DNA of 63,855 nucleotides, filler included, from Pirum gemmata (GCA_002812295.1; 17 parts of 17 records of this genome joined end to end with filler, not necessarily neighbours in it), one strand, 5' to 3'; positions 50,063 to 62,716 are shown, counted from the whole stretch's first letter. Notes: generated by a model from the sequence alone, not told the origin. Numbers and translations: made by a program.

Positions 50063-53000
50063 TGGTCTGCTCAGGTCTGCTCGTTCTGGTCTGGAATCTA
50101 TGAATTATGATAATCTCTAGCCTAGGGCTTTAGAAGTCGGGTGAGAGCCCTGGGACTCCTAAATAACCTGGGACTCTAGCTAGCCCTACTAGCTAGCTGC
50201 TAGGACTGTGGAACACTGTTCCCTGGAACAGCTGCTATCCTTCGGAAGCCGTAGTCTAGTACTATACGATATGATATTGTGTTTTTCAATAGTGTTGTCC
50301 AGTTCAAAAACTGAAATAAACTTACCAAATCATTATTATGGTTAAACTATCGGACATGTTTTGATTAATTTGGTAGTTTATACTTATTGTTGTATTATAT
50401 AAAACAGCTCAATTATACACTTAAAAAGTACCAAATTAAAGATTGAGAGGACAACGTTTGTAATGAAATAGACGATATCAGATAGCTATCATAGATTCAT
50501 AGCTAGTATCGAGATAGCTAGTAGTATGATAATATTATGATATCGATAGTAGCTATCATAGTAGTAGTAGTAGTATGATATGATAGACTAGCTAGACTAC
50601 TGGTAGGTCTATCAGAGATAGTAACAGGCAGACAGGGCTCCTACAGAGTCCTACTACTATGATACTAGCTAGCTCTAGCTAGCTAGTAGCTGACTGTAGC
50701 AGCAGTGTAGCTCTCATCAGTTCTGACCAGGCTCGCGTCTGAGACCTCTCGGAAAGTCGGGCAGTTTGTAGGGGCCCACTACTAGGGGGCCCCCAGCAGT
50801 CTCCCAGCTCTCTCGCTTTGCCCCTTTGTCAAATTGTGTAGAGCAAATGATTGGCTGCACATAAGTTTTCAAACTTCCAGAGGCCTAGCTAGACTAAGCT
50901 AGTAGCTACTAGCTAGTAGTCTACTAGTAGCTAGTACTAGAGCCAGTTCCATAACTTCCAGAGTCCAATCACTGGTAAATTGGTAAAGTATTGGTAATTT
51001 TTAATATAATATGCATATTATAATTTATAATTATCAATGCCTATTATACTAATAATTATACGAATTTATACCAACTTTTTCTTTTTTAAAAAAAATGAAT
51101 TTTAATAATTCTATATTTGTAATGTAATCGAATATGGCAACCGCGAACCTAATTGGAACCTAACTAAGAGCGTAAAACAGTAACGCCAATTTCTGGTCAA
51201 ATACAGCTTCTAATACCCCTATCTACCTACTCCTCGACGTTAATTTCCGGTTAAATACCACCTACTTACAGTCTACTTACCTACCCCTTGACGTGACGTA
51301 TTATTTGAACGCTCCCTAATTTTAATAGGAATTCAGACCTATGATACTAGCTAGCTAACTATCGTCTATTTCATTACAGTTATCCTCTCAATCTTTAATT
51401 TGGTACTGTTTAAGTGTATAATTGAGCTTTTTTATATAATACAACAATAAGTATAAACTACCAAATTAATTAAAACATGTCTGATAGTTTAACCATAATA
51501 ATAATTTGTTACATTTATTTCAGTTTTTGAACTGGACAACACTTTTGAAAAACACGATAGAGTAGCATAGACTACTAGCTAGTAGTTATCGATAGCAACC
51601 TGTAATTTTTATAAGCCCTCTCTATTAATTAAACTAGCAAGCTACTAGCAGACCACTTTCACACAAGGAGTGATAAAATAATATTATCGTATTTAATACT
51701 AAATTAATTATTTATAAATTTTAATTAATATCATTTTTATAATTAGAAACCAACTCGAAAATCAAGGAGACAGGATTGTATTAATACTATCAGACCTATT
51801 AACTGTTGCCTAACATAAAATATAATAATGCATAAAACAGAATTTTTTTTAGACTTTTACAATACAATATTTATTATAATAATAGGGTAATAATAGTTAT
51901 AATAATATATTAATTAAAAAAAATTACAATATTGGAAATATTATTATCGGATCAATTATTACTAGGCTACTAGTAGATAAATATTATCATTAGAATATTA
52001 TCAAATACTCGACTTTAATATTCTTCAAGCCGTGCACGCCGAAACGCTTAGAGGTTTTTCAACAATAATTCGGTGCTCGAGTTGAAGTTTTTTTTTTTTA
52101 AACTACCAAACTGTATAAAAATGGCGACATCCGCTATATGAGCTCAAAAATTCAAAAATCTCAAAATGACCCAATTTTCATAAAAATACTACGAAAATGT
52201 GGAGATTTGTCTAACTAAAAAACTCTATTATGAACCAATGGCCAGTTTTTAAAATAAATTGGCTAGTTATAATTTAAAGATTTTTAGAAAAGAAGTCTAA
52301 AAAAAATGGTTTCTACAGTTTTTTATACGGCTTGGCTTAACAAAAAAGAAAAAAAGAAAAAAAAATAATAGTGATATTAAATATACTATATAGCAAGCTA
52401 GCCAGCTGGTAGTCTGCGATAACGAAATTGCGATAGTTATAATTATTATTAAAACCACAACTTCACCTAACTACCAGTACTAAGCAAACGGTACTAAGGG
52501 GGCAGAAGGGGGCATTCATAGAATCATAAAGGACGTCACTTAATTATTCTTTGATAGAAGTCATTGCTCGAAAGTGTGACTTAAACTGTTTTAGGCAGTA
52601 ATTTATTACTAATTAAAATGAACTTTAAAATTATGACCAAAAGTGTTTTGGACAAAGAGGCATAGGTAAGATTAGGTGACGTCCTTTATAAATGATTCCT
52701 ATCATAACTATTGATAACAATAGTACTTATGATATGAACGAGACCTTCAAAGTTCTAACAATGTATAATATCGTGCTTTTCATTGATGTTGTCGTCATAA
52801 AATATACAATAAATAGTACCAAATTAATACAATATAAATCCATTTCATTTAATTTGGTATATTTTAATATATATTTNNNNNNNNNNNNNNNNNNNNNNNN
52901 NNNNNNNNNNNNNNNNNNNNTTAATTAATTAANNNNNNNNNNNNNNNNNNNNNNNNNNNNNNNNNNNNNNNNNNNNGAAAAAAAAAACCATAATTATTAA

Positions 53001-53364
53001 TTATAAACCGAAAATGGGTTATTTAACTGTTTTCGGAAAAAATGTGAGAGGGCCGATCTTATGCTAAATAAAAAAATTCGCATGATAGATTTCAAACTCG
53101 GTTACTTGAAGTTAATTAGTAAATAGGCAAAAACTAAGGTTTTGGGATTACTCAAGTTTGAGATTAAATAAAAATGATAATAATAATAAAAAAGCAATAA
53201 TGAAAATATTTCAAACAAAACAAATTTATTAAATATAATTTACGACGACAAAAATCAACGTTTACAGTAACTTTTCTGCTTTTTGTGTTTTTTCTTTTTC
53301 TTTTGCTTCTTCGATTTTGCTTTTTTGTTTTCTTTTCTTCTAAATTATATTTTCTTTTCATTTG

Positions 53365-53510
53365 AAGGCCTGTGGAAGGTTTCGAGGTCCTGAGGGAAGG
53401 TTTCGAGGGCCTGTGTGAGGATTTGGGGGCCTAAGGGAAGGTTTCGAGGGCCTGTGAGAAGGGTTGGGGGCCTGTACAAGGTTTGGGGGGTTTGTGGCAA
53501 GGTTTGGAGA
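53365..53510 (+). repeat. About 21-bp G-rich minisatellite (GGCCTGTGGAAGGTTTCGAG-like, about 7 units)
   Basis: Visible tandem units inside a larger inverted-repeat structure. Confidence 0.8.
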
Positions 53511-55611
53511 GATTACTACCAAAAATGGTATATTTAAGAAGAAATTGTATATTTAAGGCCGCCCTTTTTTCCCTTTTTCTTTTACCTTTTTGCCTTTTTT
53601 CCTTTTCCTTTTTTTTTTTTTTGCAAAAAAAAATTTATAAAATTGTAGACTATCTTATTTATATCTTATTCGAAATTTTTCCTTAGTTTTTATTTAGTGC
53701 GAGAAGTGAACGCAAAAAAAGTCAAAAAAATTTCGACTTGTGATACAGGTCATTTTTAATTAGTCTCAAACTTGAGTAATCCCAAAACTTCACTTTTGGG
53801 AGAACACAAGTTCCTAATACACAGTAATAGTACTACAGTAATAATGAAGTAATAATGGAAATATTTCTAATAAAACACATTTATTGAAAAACATTATATG
53901 AACGTAAATTTTAATATCTATTGTATCATATAATCAAACGAAAAAATTCAAAAAAAAAAAACAAATCAGTTTAACACAACGAGGCCAGGTCTGGAAGGGC
54001 GTATGGTAAGGTTTGGAGGGTCCTGTGGCAAGGTTTGTTATTAAAAATGGGATATTTAAGGCCGCCTTTTTTTTTTTGTCATTACCTTGTTTTTTTTTTT
54101 TTTTACTCAAAAAATAGAAAAATTATTTCACTTTCATAAATTTTGTTTGGCTAAAATTGTAGAATATCTTATTCATATCCTATTCGAAAATTTTCCTTAA
54201 TTTTCATTGGATGCGAAAAATGTATGTCATACCCAAAAAAAAAATCAAAAAATTTTGGACTTGGGTGGAGGGAATTTTTAATTAGTGGGAAACTTGTGTA
54301 ATTCCAATATAGTTTTGGGATTAAGCAAGTTTGAGAGTAATTTTAAAAATGACCTCTATCACAAGTCGAAACTTTTTTGACTTTTTTGGCCTACATTTTT
54401 GGAAATTTTCGAATAAGATATGAATAAGATAGTCGACAATTTTAGCTAATCAAAATTTATGAAGATGAAATAGTTCCACATACCACAAACTTTACCACAG
54501 GCTGGGTGACTTTTAAACTGTTTTAGGCAGTAATTAATTATTAAAATGGACTTTAAAATTATGACCAAAAGTGTTTTGGACAAAGAGGTATAGGTAAGAT
54601 TAGGTGACGTGCTTTATGGATGATTCCTAGCTATGCTATTTTCCTCTCTTTTTATTTATTTTATCCTTTTTAGCCTTTTTAGCCTTTTTAGCCTTTTTGA
54701 TCCTTTTTATATCATTTTTTTTTTTTCCTACTCTACCCCTAATACCCAAAGCACCCTTTTTTAAAAAGTAGACAAAAAGTTTAAACTGAAAAACTGAAAA
54801 AAAAAAAAAAAAATGCACTAACCATATTTAGTGCACTCATTTTTTTAATAACCCATATTCAAAATAACGTTATGTCCCAATCAAAATATTTTTATTTTTC
54901 AGAGATTTGTATTTGTTTCCCACTTTTTTTTTTTTTTTGAAACTAAAATTAAAAAAAAATTATACAAGCTTTACTCTTTCTATATAGATTTAGGTGACAT
55001 TTTTCTAGTTTCAGATACATAGGAGAAAACACGAACACATTATTTTGGTATGTTCCTTTCGTCATTATTCCACCCACTTTTCCTTTTCCTCCTTTTCTTA
55101 CAAATATCACCTTTGGTATAATTTGGGGGTGGCGGGCGATGTGAAAGAGCATCTTTTTTCGTTCGTGGAATGGTCGGGACTGTGTGCGTAGGTAGCACAG
55201 ATGAAATAGGTGACATTCGTCATTTTTCACCTCCTTTTCCATTTTCTTCTTTTCTTGCAAATATCACCTTGCTATAAATTTGTGGTGGTGGACGATGCGG
55301 AAGATCATATTTTTTCCAGGACAGAATAGCCGGGGATGTAAGCTTCAGTGATTTAGGTGAAATAAGTTTCTTTTGTAAAAAAAAACTTACAAAACTATAT
55401 ATATATATATATAACAACCAAAGCGCTTATCATTTTCAAAAAGATTGGAAAAGGCTCCCCCTTTTTTTTATGACATGCCAGAGGTGCAAAAAAAAAAAAA
55501 AAAAAAAAAAAAGATTTTCCTTTCTTTAAAATCCGCACAAATATGAGGAAAAGTTGACATAGTACTAATAAGCAACACTCGTTATTATTTCGCTTCCTTT
55601 TCTTACAAATA

Positions 55612-56549
55612 TCACCTTGGTATAATTTGTGGTGGTGGGCGATGCGGAAGTTCATCTTTTTTCCTTCGCGGAATAGTCGGGGCTGTAAGCGTAGGTGGTA
55701 GTATAGGTGAAACAGGTAATTCTGGTAGATAAGTGGGTAAGGAATTCGAGCGATTGTTTCTATTTTTCATGTGTACTTTCATAGCTGGTGGAACGGAGCT
55801 CGATGGGGTATTTGAAGGTGGGGTATTTAAAGGTGGGGTACTTGGTGATGATGGTTTTACGACAGGATGAATATTTTCAATAGATTTTGATAAACATGCT
55901 CTATTCTGATTATTTTTACTATCACTGTTAGTATTCGTGTTACTACCCCTTAAGCGATGTGTAGGAAGCTTTGGAGAAGATGGTAAAGAGGTTGAACCTT
56001 TTGGTTGTGGCATTGATGACGGTAATTGATGGATATTTCCCGCCGAATAACGGGGTTGGGGTGGTAGGTGTGGTAATGAGGGTGGGATTTTGATAGTTTT
56101 TTTAGAAAGCAAGTCTTGCGTAGATGGTGATGGACGGTGATGTGGATGTGGTTGGTACGTTTGTGGATGTTGTCCTTGTTGGTCGTCGTTAGCATTAAAT
56201 GGTAACCCTGGTAACGCAATGGGGGGCTGGGGCGGATGATGGGTAGGTATATGTCGATGAGGATGGGGTGGGTGAACGGTGGCGTTATTAGGATTGGAGG
56301 AAGAGGGTAAGATGAAAGGCATTTGATGTGCTGGTGGTTGGGGTTGAGGGCGTTGTGTTTGATTTGCTTTATTGCTGGGACTAGGTGGTGTTGGCGGTGG
56401 TCGGTTAAATAAATTACCAGTGCTATTATTACTATTACTATTATTATTACTATTACTATTAGCATTAGCATTAGCATTAGTATTAGTATTACCACTGTTG
56501 CTGTTACTGCTACTACTGCTATTATTATTATTATTATTATTATTACTAT
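55612..56549 (-). CDS. Pro/Ser/His-rich disordered C-terminal region of an unknown protein (5' truncated)
   Basis: Frame open from the scaffold end through TGNLFNRPPPTPPSP...KDELPHRPPPQIIPR*, with elevated GC. Confidence 0.65.
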
Positions 56550-56649
56550 NNNNNNNNNNNNNNNNNNNNNNNNNNNNNNNNNNNNNNNNNNNNTTAATTA
56601 ATTAANNNNNNNNNNNNNNNNNNNNNNNNNNNNNNNNNNNNNNNNNNNN

Positions 56650-57875
56650 TTAGGGTTATAATTAGGGTTAGGGTACATGTTAGGGTTATAATTAGGCCTA
56701 GGGTTTGGGCTTGGATTATAATTAGGGTTAGGGTTGGGGTTATGGTTAGGGTTAGGGTTGGGGTTAGGGTTAGGGTTAGGGTTAGGGTTAGGGTTAGGGT
56801 TGGGGTTATGGTTAGGGTTAGGGTTGGGGTTAGGGTTAAGGTTAGGATTATAATTTGGGGCAGGGAGTGTTAGGGTTAGGGTTAGGATTCCAGTTAGGGT
56901 TAAGGAGGAATAGTGTTATAATTAATTAGGGCTAGGTTGAGGGTTAGAGTTCGGGTTATGGTTAGGGCGCCGGCCAGGGTTAATTTTAAGGTTAGGGTTA
57001 GGGTTAAGGTTAGATAGTCTCTCTACTAAGTGACCTACTACTAGCTGTCTTATCTATAGCATCTCTTACTGTCTCATGTCAAAGAAGAACAGGGGGCAGG
57101 AGGTTAGCTTTACTAGAATTAATTAGGTTGGGTTAAATTGGGGAATAGGATTAGAATCAGGGTAAGAGTTAAGGTTAGGGTTAAGGAGTATTAGGGTTAA
57201 GGTCAGTGAAAGGGTTAGAGTTAGGGTTAGGGTTAAAGTAAGAGTTGGTGTCAGGGTTAGGGTTGGAGTTAGGGTTATTAAGATTAGGATTAGGGCTATT
57301 AATTAGAGCAAGGGTTAGGGTTAAAGTAAGGGTATTGATCGGCCAGGTAGGGTTAGCGTTAGCGTTAGCGTTAGCGTTATGGATAGGGTTCTGAAACTAT
57401 GTTCCCAGTGCCCAGTGTGCTATGAAAAATGGATTTAAGCTTTGATCAACGAAATAACTTGCCAAAGAACACTGGTGTAATTCGAGAATTATCCGTGTCA
57501 TTATTATAAGAGTAATTTCGTACTCTTTAGCATAAGTACGTATACGTATGCTATTACTATTTTCTTGTTATTATTATATTTATGTTTTAATTAAAATCTA
57601 TTTTTAAAGTATTATTATTCTACTTTAGTGTGTTATGTTATGTATTGACTAGTAAGCTGACAATAACAACAATAATAATAAATAATATTAATAATAATAA
57701 TAATATATATTAATAAAATTGACGAAAAAAGGAAGTAAAAATAATTATGGGTTAGGGTTAGGGTTAGGGTTAGGATTAGGGTTAGGATTAGGATTAGGGT
57801 TAGGGTTAGGGTTAGGGTTAGGGTTAGGGTTAGGGTTATTAGGTTTATTAGGGTTAGGGTTAGGGAGTTAGAATG

Positions 57876-57914
<39 letters not shown>

Positions 57915-58040
57915 GGTTAGGGAGTTAGGTTTAGGGTTAGGGTTAGGGTCAGGGTTAGGGTTAGGGAGTTAGGGTTAGGGTTAGGGTTAGGGTTAGGGTT
58001 AGGGTTAGGGTTAGGGTTCGGGTTAGGGTTAGGGTTTAGG
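56650..58040 (+). repeat. Interstitial telomere-type (TTAGGG)n and degenerate variants
   Basis: Pure and degenerate arrays. Others at 924-1012, 2044-2146, 29050-29090, 32353-32438, 35437-35553, 35998-36113, 39635-39761, 42503-43298, 43750-43900, 44998-45248, 58979-59026, 59320-59437 and 59688-59968, in both orientations. Confidence 0.95.
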
Positions 58041-60252
58041 TAGTCTAGGACACACTTGTAAAAACAATAATCATACGCTATCTTTTATATACGATAAAAA
58101 TAATATGTAAAAAATTTCCAGTTTTTATTTTGAGTGTCAAAAAAGGCAATCTGTATTCTTTATTTAGTAGACTAACATTCTGGAAAAAAGCTCCTTTAGG
58201 AGATTCGGGAAAAACCATCGAATCGAGACTAGATCGAAACTTTCTAAATTTTTCGATCTAACTTTAAGTAGTTTTAAGTAACGGCTTACTTTTGATTTCA
58301 TTTTTCAAGACTAGATCGAAACTTTCTAAATTTTTCGATCTAACTTTTTAAGTATTGTATTGTCTTTTGATTTCATTAAAAAAATTTAATTCTTAAAAAT
58401 AATTCTTAGAAATACCAAATTAATATAATACAAATCCATTTTATTTAATTTGGTACATTTTAATATATATTTATTTATTTAAAAGTATCAATTTATATAT
58501 TATAAACAACCAAATAAATATTCGGAGTGACATAATAAATGAAAAGCACTAAGTCTTTTAATAAAGTTCGAGTAAAACATTTTTAAAAACCAACAGGGAA
58601 TTATTTATATATCAAATTAAATATTCCCGGCACTTTTTAGAAAATTAATTTTCCCTGCGTACATCCTGCGCTTTTTGGGAGGGGGGTTTTTTTCGTTTAC
58701 AAAAAATTTCCAGTTATTATTTTGTTCCTCAAAAAAGGCAATCTGTATTATACAGACTATCATATAGATACTAATATTATGACTTCTAAAATTTTTGTCG
58801 ACCCTTTCAATTTTTATAAGTTTGTAAGGCTCCGGGATTTATCCTGCGCTAATTAAAAAACAATACCGGGTAATTATAAAATTCCCAAATTTAAAACGCT
58901 CGAGCTCATATATATTCTTTGTTATACATAATATATTATTACTACATTAAGATAATTATTAATATCAAGACAAATATACCCTAACCCTAACCCTAACCCT
59001 AACCCTAACCCTAACCTTAACCCTAAAATCCAATTAATTAAAAGTTAATTAGATTAATATTGTTGTTTATTTTTTTCTTATTTCGTGGTTTATGGTGGTT
59101 AATTTAAGCTTAAGGAATTAACTTTTTTATCTTTATACTTATACAATAAACAGGTTGAATAATTAATCATCAATCATCTTCATAACAGGAAACTGTAGCA
59201 ACAGCAATGGAGAAAGTTAGCGTTTAGCTACAAGATTTAGAAGAACCCATAGGCCAGGTCATCAAATCTTCGGTTGGAGGTAAAACTTCTTTTTGTTTGT
59301 GTCTACCATAGGGTTATGGTAAGGTTAATTAAGGTTAGGGTTAGGGTTAGGGTTAGGGTTAGGGTTAGGGTTAGGGTTAGGGTTAGGGTTAGCGTTAGGG
59401 TTAGGGTTAGGGTTAGGGTTAGGGTTAGGGTTAGGGCTCAAAAATCCAAAAAATCTTAAAATATTCCAATTTTAATGAAAGTACTACCAAAAATTGTAGT
59501 CAAATGGTGAGGGATTGTCTAAATAAAAAACTCTATTTGTATTAATACCAATAGCTAGTTTTTTAAAACATTTTGGATAGTTATATTTATAATTAGCATT
59601 GGATATTTTTTAGAAAAGTCGAAAAAAAAAATTATGATTTTTACAGTATTAATACTAGTAGACCCTCCCTAATGCATCTGGAAGCGGGGTTAGGGTTAGG
59701 GTTAGGGTTAGGGTTAGGGTTAGGGTTAGGGTTAGGGTTAGGGTTAGGGTACATTAACGTTAGGGTTAGGGTTAGGGTTATAAATTAGGGTTAGGGTTAA
59801 CGTTATAATTAGGGTTAGGGTTAGGGTTAGGGTTAGGGTTATAAATTAGGGTTAGGGTTAACGTTAGGGTAAGGGTTAAGGTTAGGGTTAGGGTTAGGGT
59901 CAGGGGTATAATTAGAGTTAGGGTTTAGGTTAGGGTTAGGGTTAGGGTTAATGTTAGGGTTAGGGTTAGTGAACGAGTCTATTAATATCTGACTGTAGTA
60001 AGATAAGGAATCATCCATATATTAATAAAGGACGTCAGCTAATCTTACCTATATATGCCTCTATGCCCAAAACAATTTTGGTCAAAATTTTAAAGTTCAT
60101 TTTAATAATTAATTACTGCCCAAAACAGTTTAAGTCACACTTTCGAGCAATGNNNNNNNNNNNNNNNNNNNNNNNNNNNNNNNNNNNNNNNNNNNNTTAA
60201 TTAATTAANNNNNNNNNNNNNNNNNNNNNNNNNNNNNNNNNNNNNNNNNNNN

Positions 60253-60285
<33 letters not shown>

Positions 60286-60543
60286 TTTAAAATTTTATTG
60301 ACAAGAGAACGACTAAAATAATAATATATTTATAAAACAAAAACAAAAAGGTAACAATTAAAAAACAATACGCATATAATATATAATATATACAATTATT
60401 GTTTACTATTATAAAAAAGCCATTTTCTAAAACCATTAATAATACATCATTAACTTTATTATTATTATTATAACCAAAAACAATTAATTGCAATTCATCC
60501 TTTATCATTAATTATAAATCAGTGTTAACTAATGTAATCAATG

Positions 60544-62716
60544 TTAACTGCAATTTAACGAATCAAATCCGGGAGGCGCGGGCAAGTTTTTAAGTTTCAA
60601 CGCCTCTAAAAAGGCATTTACTCTTTCGTACGCTGTAGTTTTCAAGGTTGCATTGAAAATTAGGCCACGATTATCGTAATTACCAACTACTTCTTCAAAG
60701 CTCAATTCCTTAAAACTTGCTCCATCTGTATAGTTTTCACTAAACCATTCAGGATGGATATCCTTATTTTTATCTTTAAATTCTTTCAAAATTAAGTATG
60801 TTGATTTCAAAGCAGAGTAAGTGCCAGGTGCCAGGTGGTCATGGCCGGTTTCCCAATAGTGGGTTATAGAATGAATACCAACGCTACATTGGCCTTTATC
60901 CATAAATAAATTAACATCATACTCTAAAGAAAATAATAAAATAATAATAAAAGTAATAAAATGTTAGTTTCATAAGATGTACACGTTGTTGAGGAAGAGA
61001 TATTTAATAAAAGATGATAAATACTTACTAGTAACAAATGTGAATATTTCAACAACAAAGTTATATATTATAACAATGACAAAATGACCAATAATATATT
61101 AATATATAAAAACAAATTTAAAGTCAAACTACAGATAGTTGTTACTACCAAAAGAGCAAGACTTGGCGTTGTAAGCAAATATCTGATAACAAATTACAAT
61201 TACAAATATTATAACAAAATTTGAAAATAAAACACAACAAACATCAGAAATAAGTATTCGTATATAAATATATATATTTATATACCGGAAGAATTATCTT
61301 TTTTGAGTAAAGCGAAACCAGAACCTGGTGCATCGTTACAATAATAATGGGAAGCTCGATCACTTACCCAGTGTACCAAGAGACCCATTCTAGCTATTTT
61401 TTCAGATACCGGAATTAAAAATTCTCCCGTTTCGTCGTAGGTTTTAGCAAAAGCATGTTCATCACTTTCGACATATTTCCCAAAATCATCCGCAAGCACG
61501 TAGTTATAAAACTGGCCATATTCATCAACAGCATAATTAATGATGTGTTGACCTAAACTTATTTTTGTGTTAACAGGTAAACCAATACTCTTATCTAAGT
61601 TATTATAATAAACGAAAGAGTTATTAGAAGCACACTCGGTTCCTGTAAAAGGCGAACCGTCCTTTCCAATAGTGGTGAATCCATTTACACACAACTTTGC
61701 GTTGGGCTCCATGAATGCCCAATCTCTTGCTGTGCTGAGAGGACCAGTGTAATTGTAATCAGAGTAATCAGGATTTAACGAAGTACATCTTTTTTCATAG
61801 TATTCATATTTTAAATTAAAACGAGAAGGAGCGCAGATTTGATCGGAGCTTGTAAACTGTTTATCTTTGTCTGACAAAGTATCACCTTTGTGTGTGCCGA
61901 TATAAGGTATTCCTAAATGTCTAAATGAAATTTTAATTATTATAATAATTATAAGAAATTCCTAGCATTAATAAAAAACAATTTATATTTATAATGAATG
62001 AGAAAATTAGATCCATATGCGTGTATTTAATATACTCAATAATTTCATGATAATGTGTATCAATGACTACCAGTGTACACTAGTACTGTGTACAGTATTG
62101 GTATTAACATTATGTATATATTTGTTGTGTAATATAACAAGATAAAATATTATATATAAATTTAAAGGTTTGTTAGGCTTGTTAGAGTTATAAAATACCT
62201 TGGAAATGAAATTTCAGTGTCTCTTGGCAACCCTCGCATATTAGGAGTCCAGAACCTTTTATTCATTTCCACTCCGCAACTATCAATTGCATAGAATTGT
62301 TCAAAATCAATTCCTTGAGAATAAGCAGCTAGAAAATGAGAATACTCTTGCGTAAACCCTAAAGCCGCTGCAGTGAAATAAACATTAAAGAAATGAACAA
62401 AACCTCTGCAAATAGAAGTATCAACAAGATTACCAAGCAACGGTTTGGCGGTAGATACTAGACATTCTTTGCTTTTTTTGCCATATTGGCAGTCTAAATC
62501 CATAGCTTCACTAAAGAAATCTGTAATATTAGCTAGTTGCTCTTGAGTCACAGCTGCTTTGTAAACTCCAAAGTCCATGATTCCATTGTTGGGGTGAAAA
62601 CATATGTCTTCAGTGTGTGCACTGACGCAAATATTATCATTTACCATAAATTTAAAGTTTGCGTGCATCAAAGCCGTTAATACAATAGATGCTTGAAAGT
62701 TTTGAAAGAAAATCAT
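60544..62716 (-). CDS. Secreted 510-aa protein, Zn-dependent phospholipase C / S1-P1 nuclease-like (DUF6765-like); exons 62199-62716, 61286-61920, 60544-60923
   Basis: Three ORFs join in frame through GT-AG introns (FPR|HLGIPYIG; SS E|YDVNLF), 1533 nt in total. Motifs: VHFFNVYFTAAALGF..SHFLAAYSQGID, RMGLLVHWVSDRASH, HSITHYWETGHDH. Confidence 0.75.

Noticed and set aside
59187..59280. Possible exon ETVATAMEKVSV*LQDLEEPIGQVIKSSVG
   Set aside because: It has an in-frame stop and no recognisable homology.
56650..59968. True chromosome end
   Set aside because: The arrays are interrupted by unique sequence and MITEs and occur in both orientations, so a real telomere cannot be shown from this window.
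3611..60252. Regularly spaced TTAATTAATTAA motif about every 3.7 kb
   Set aside because: Always centred in N-runs of fixed length. It is an artificial six-frame-stop linker, so cross-linker gene neighbourhoods are meaningless.
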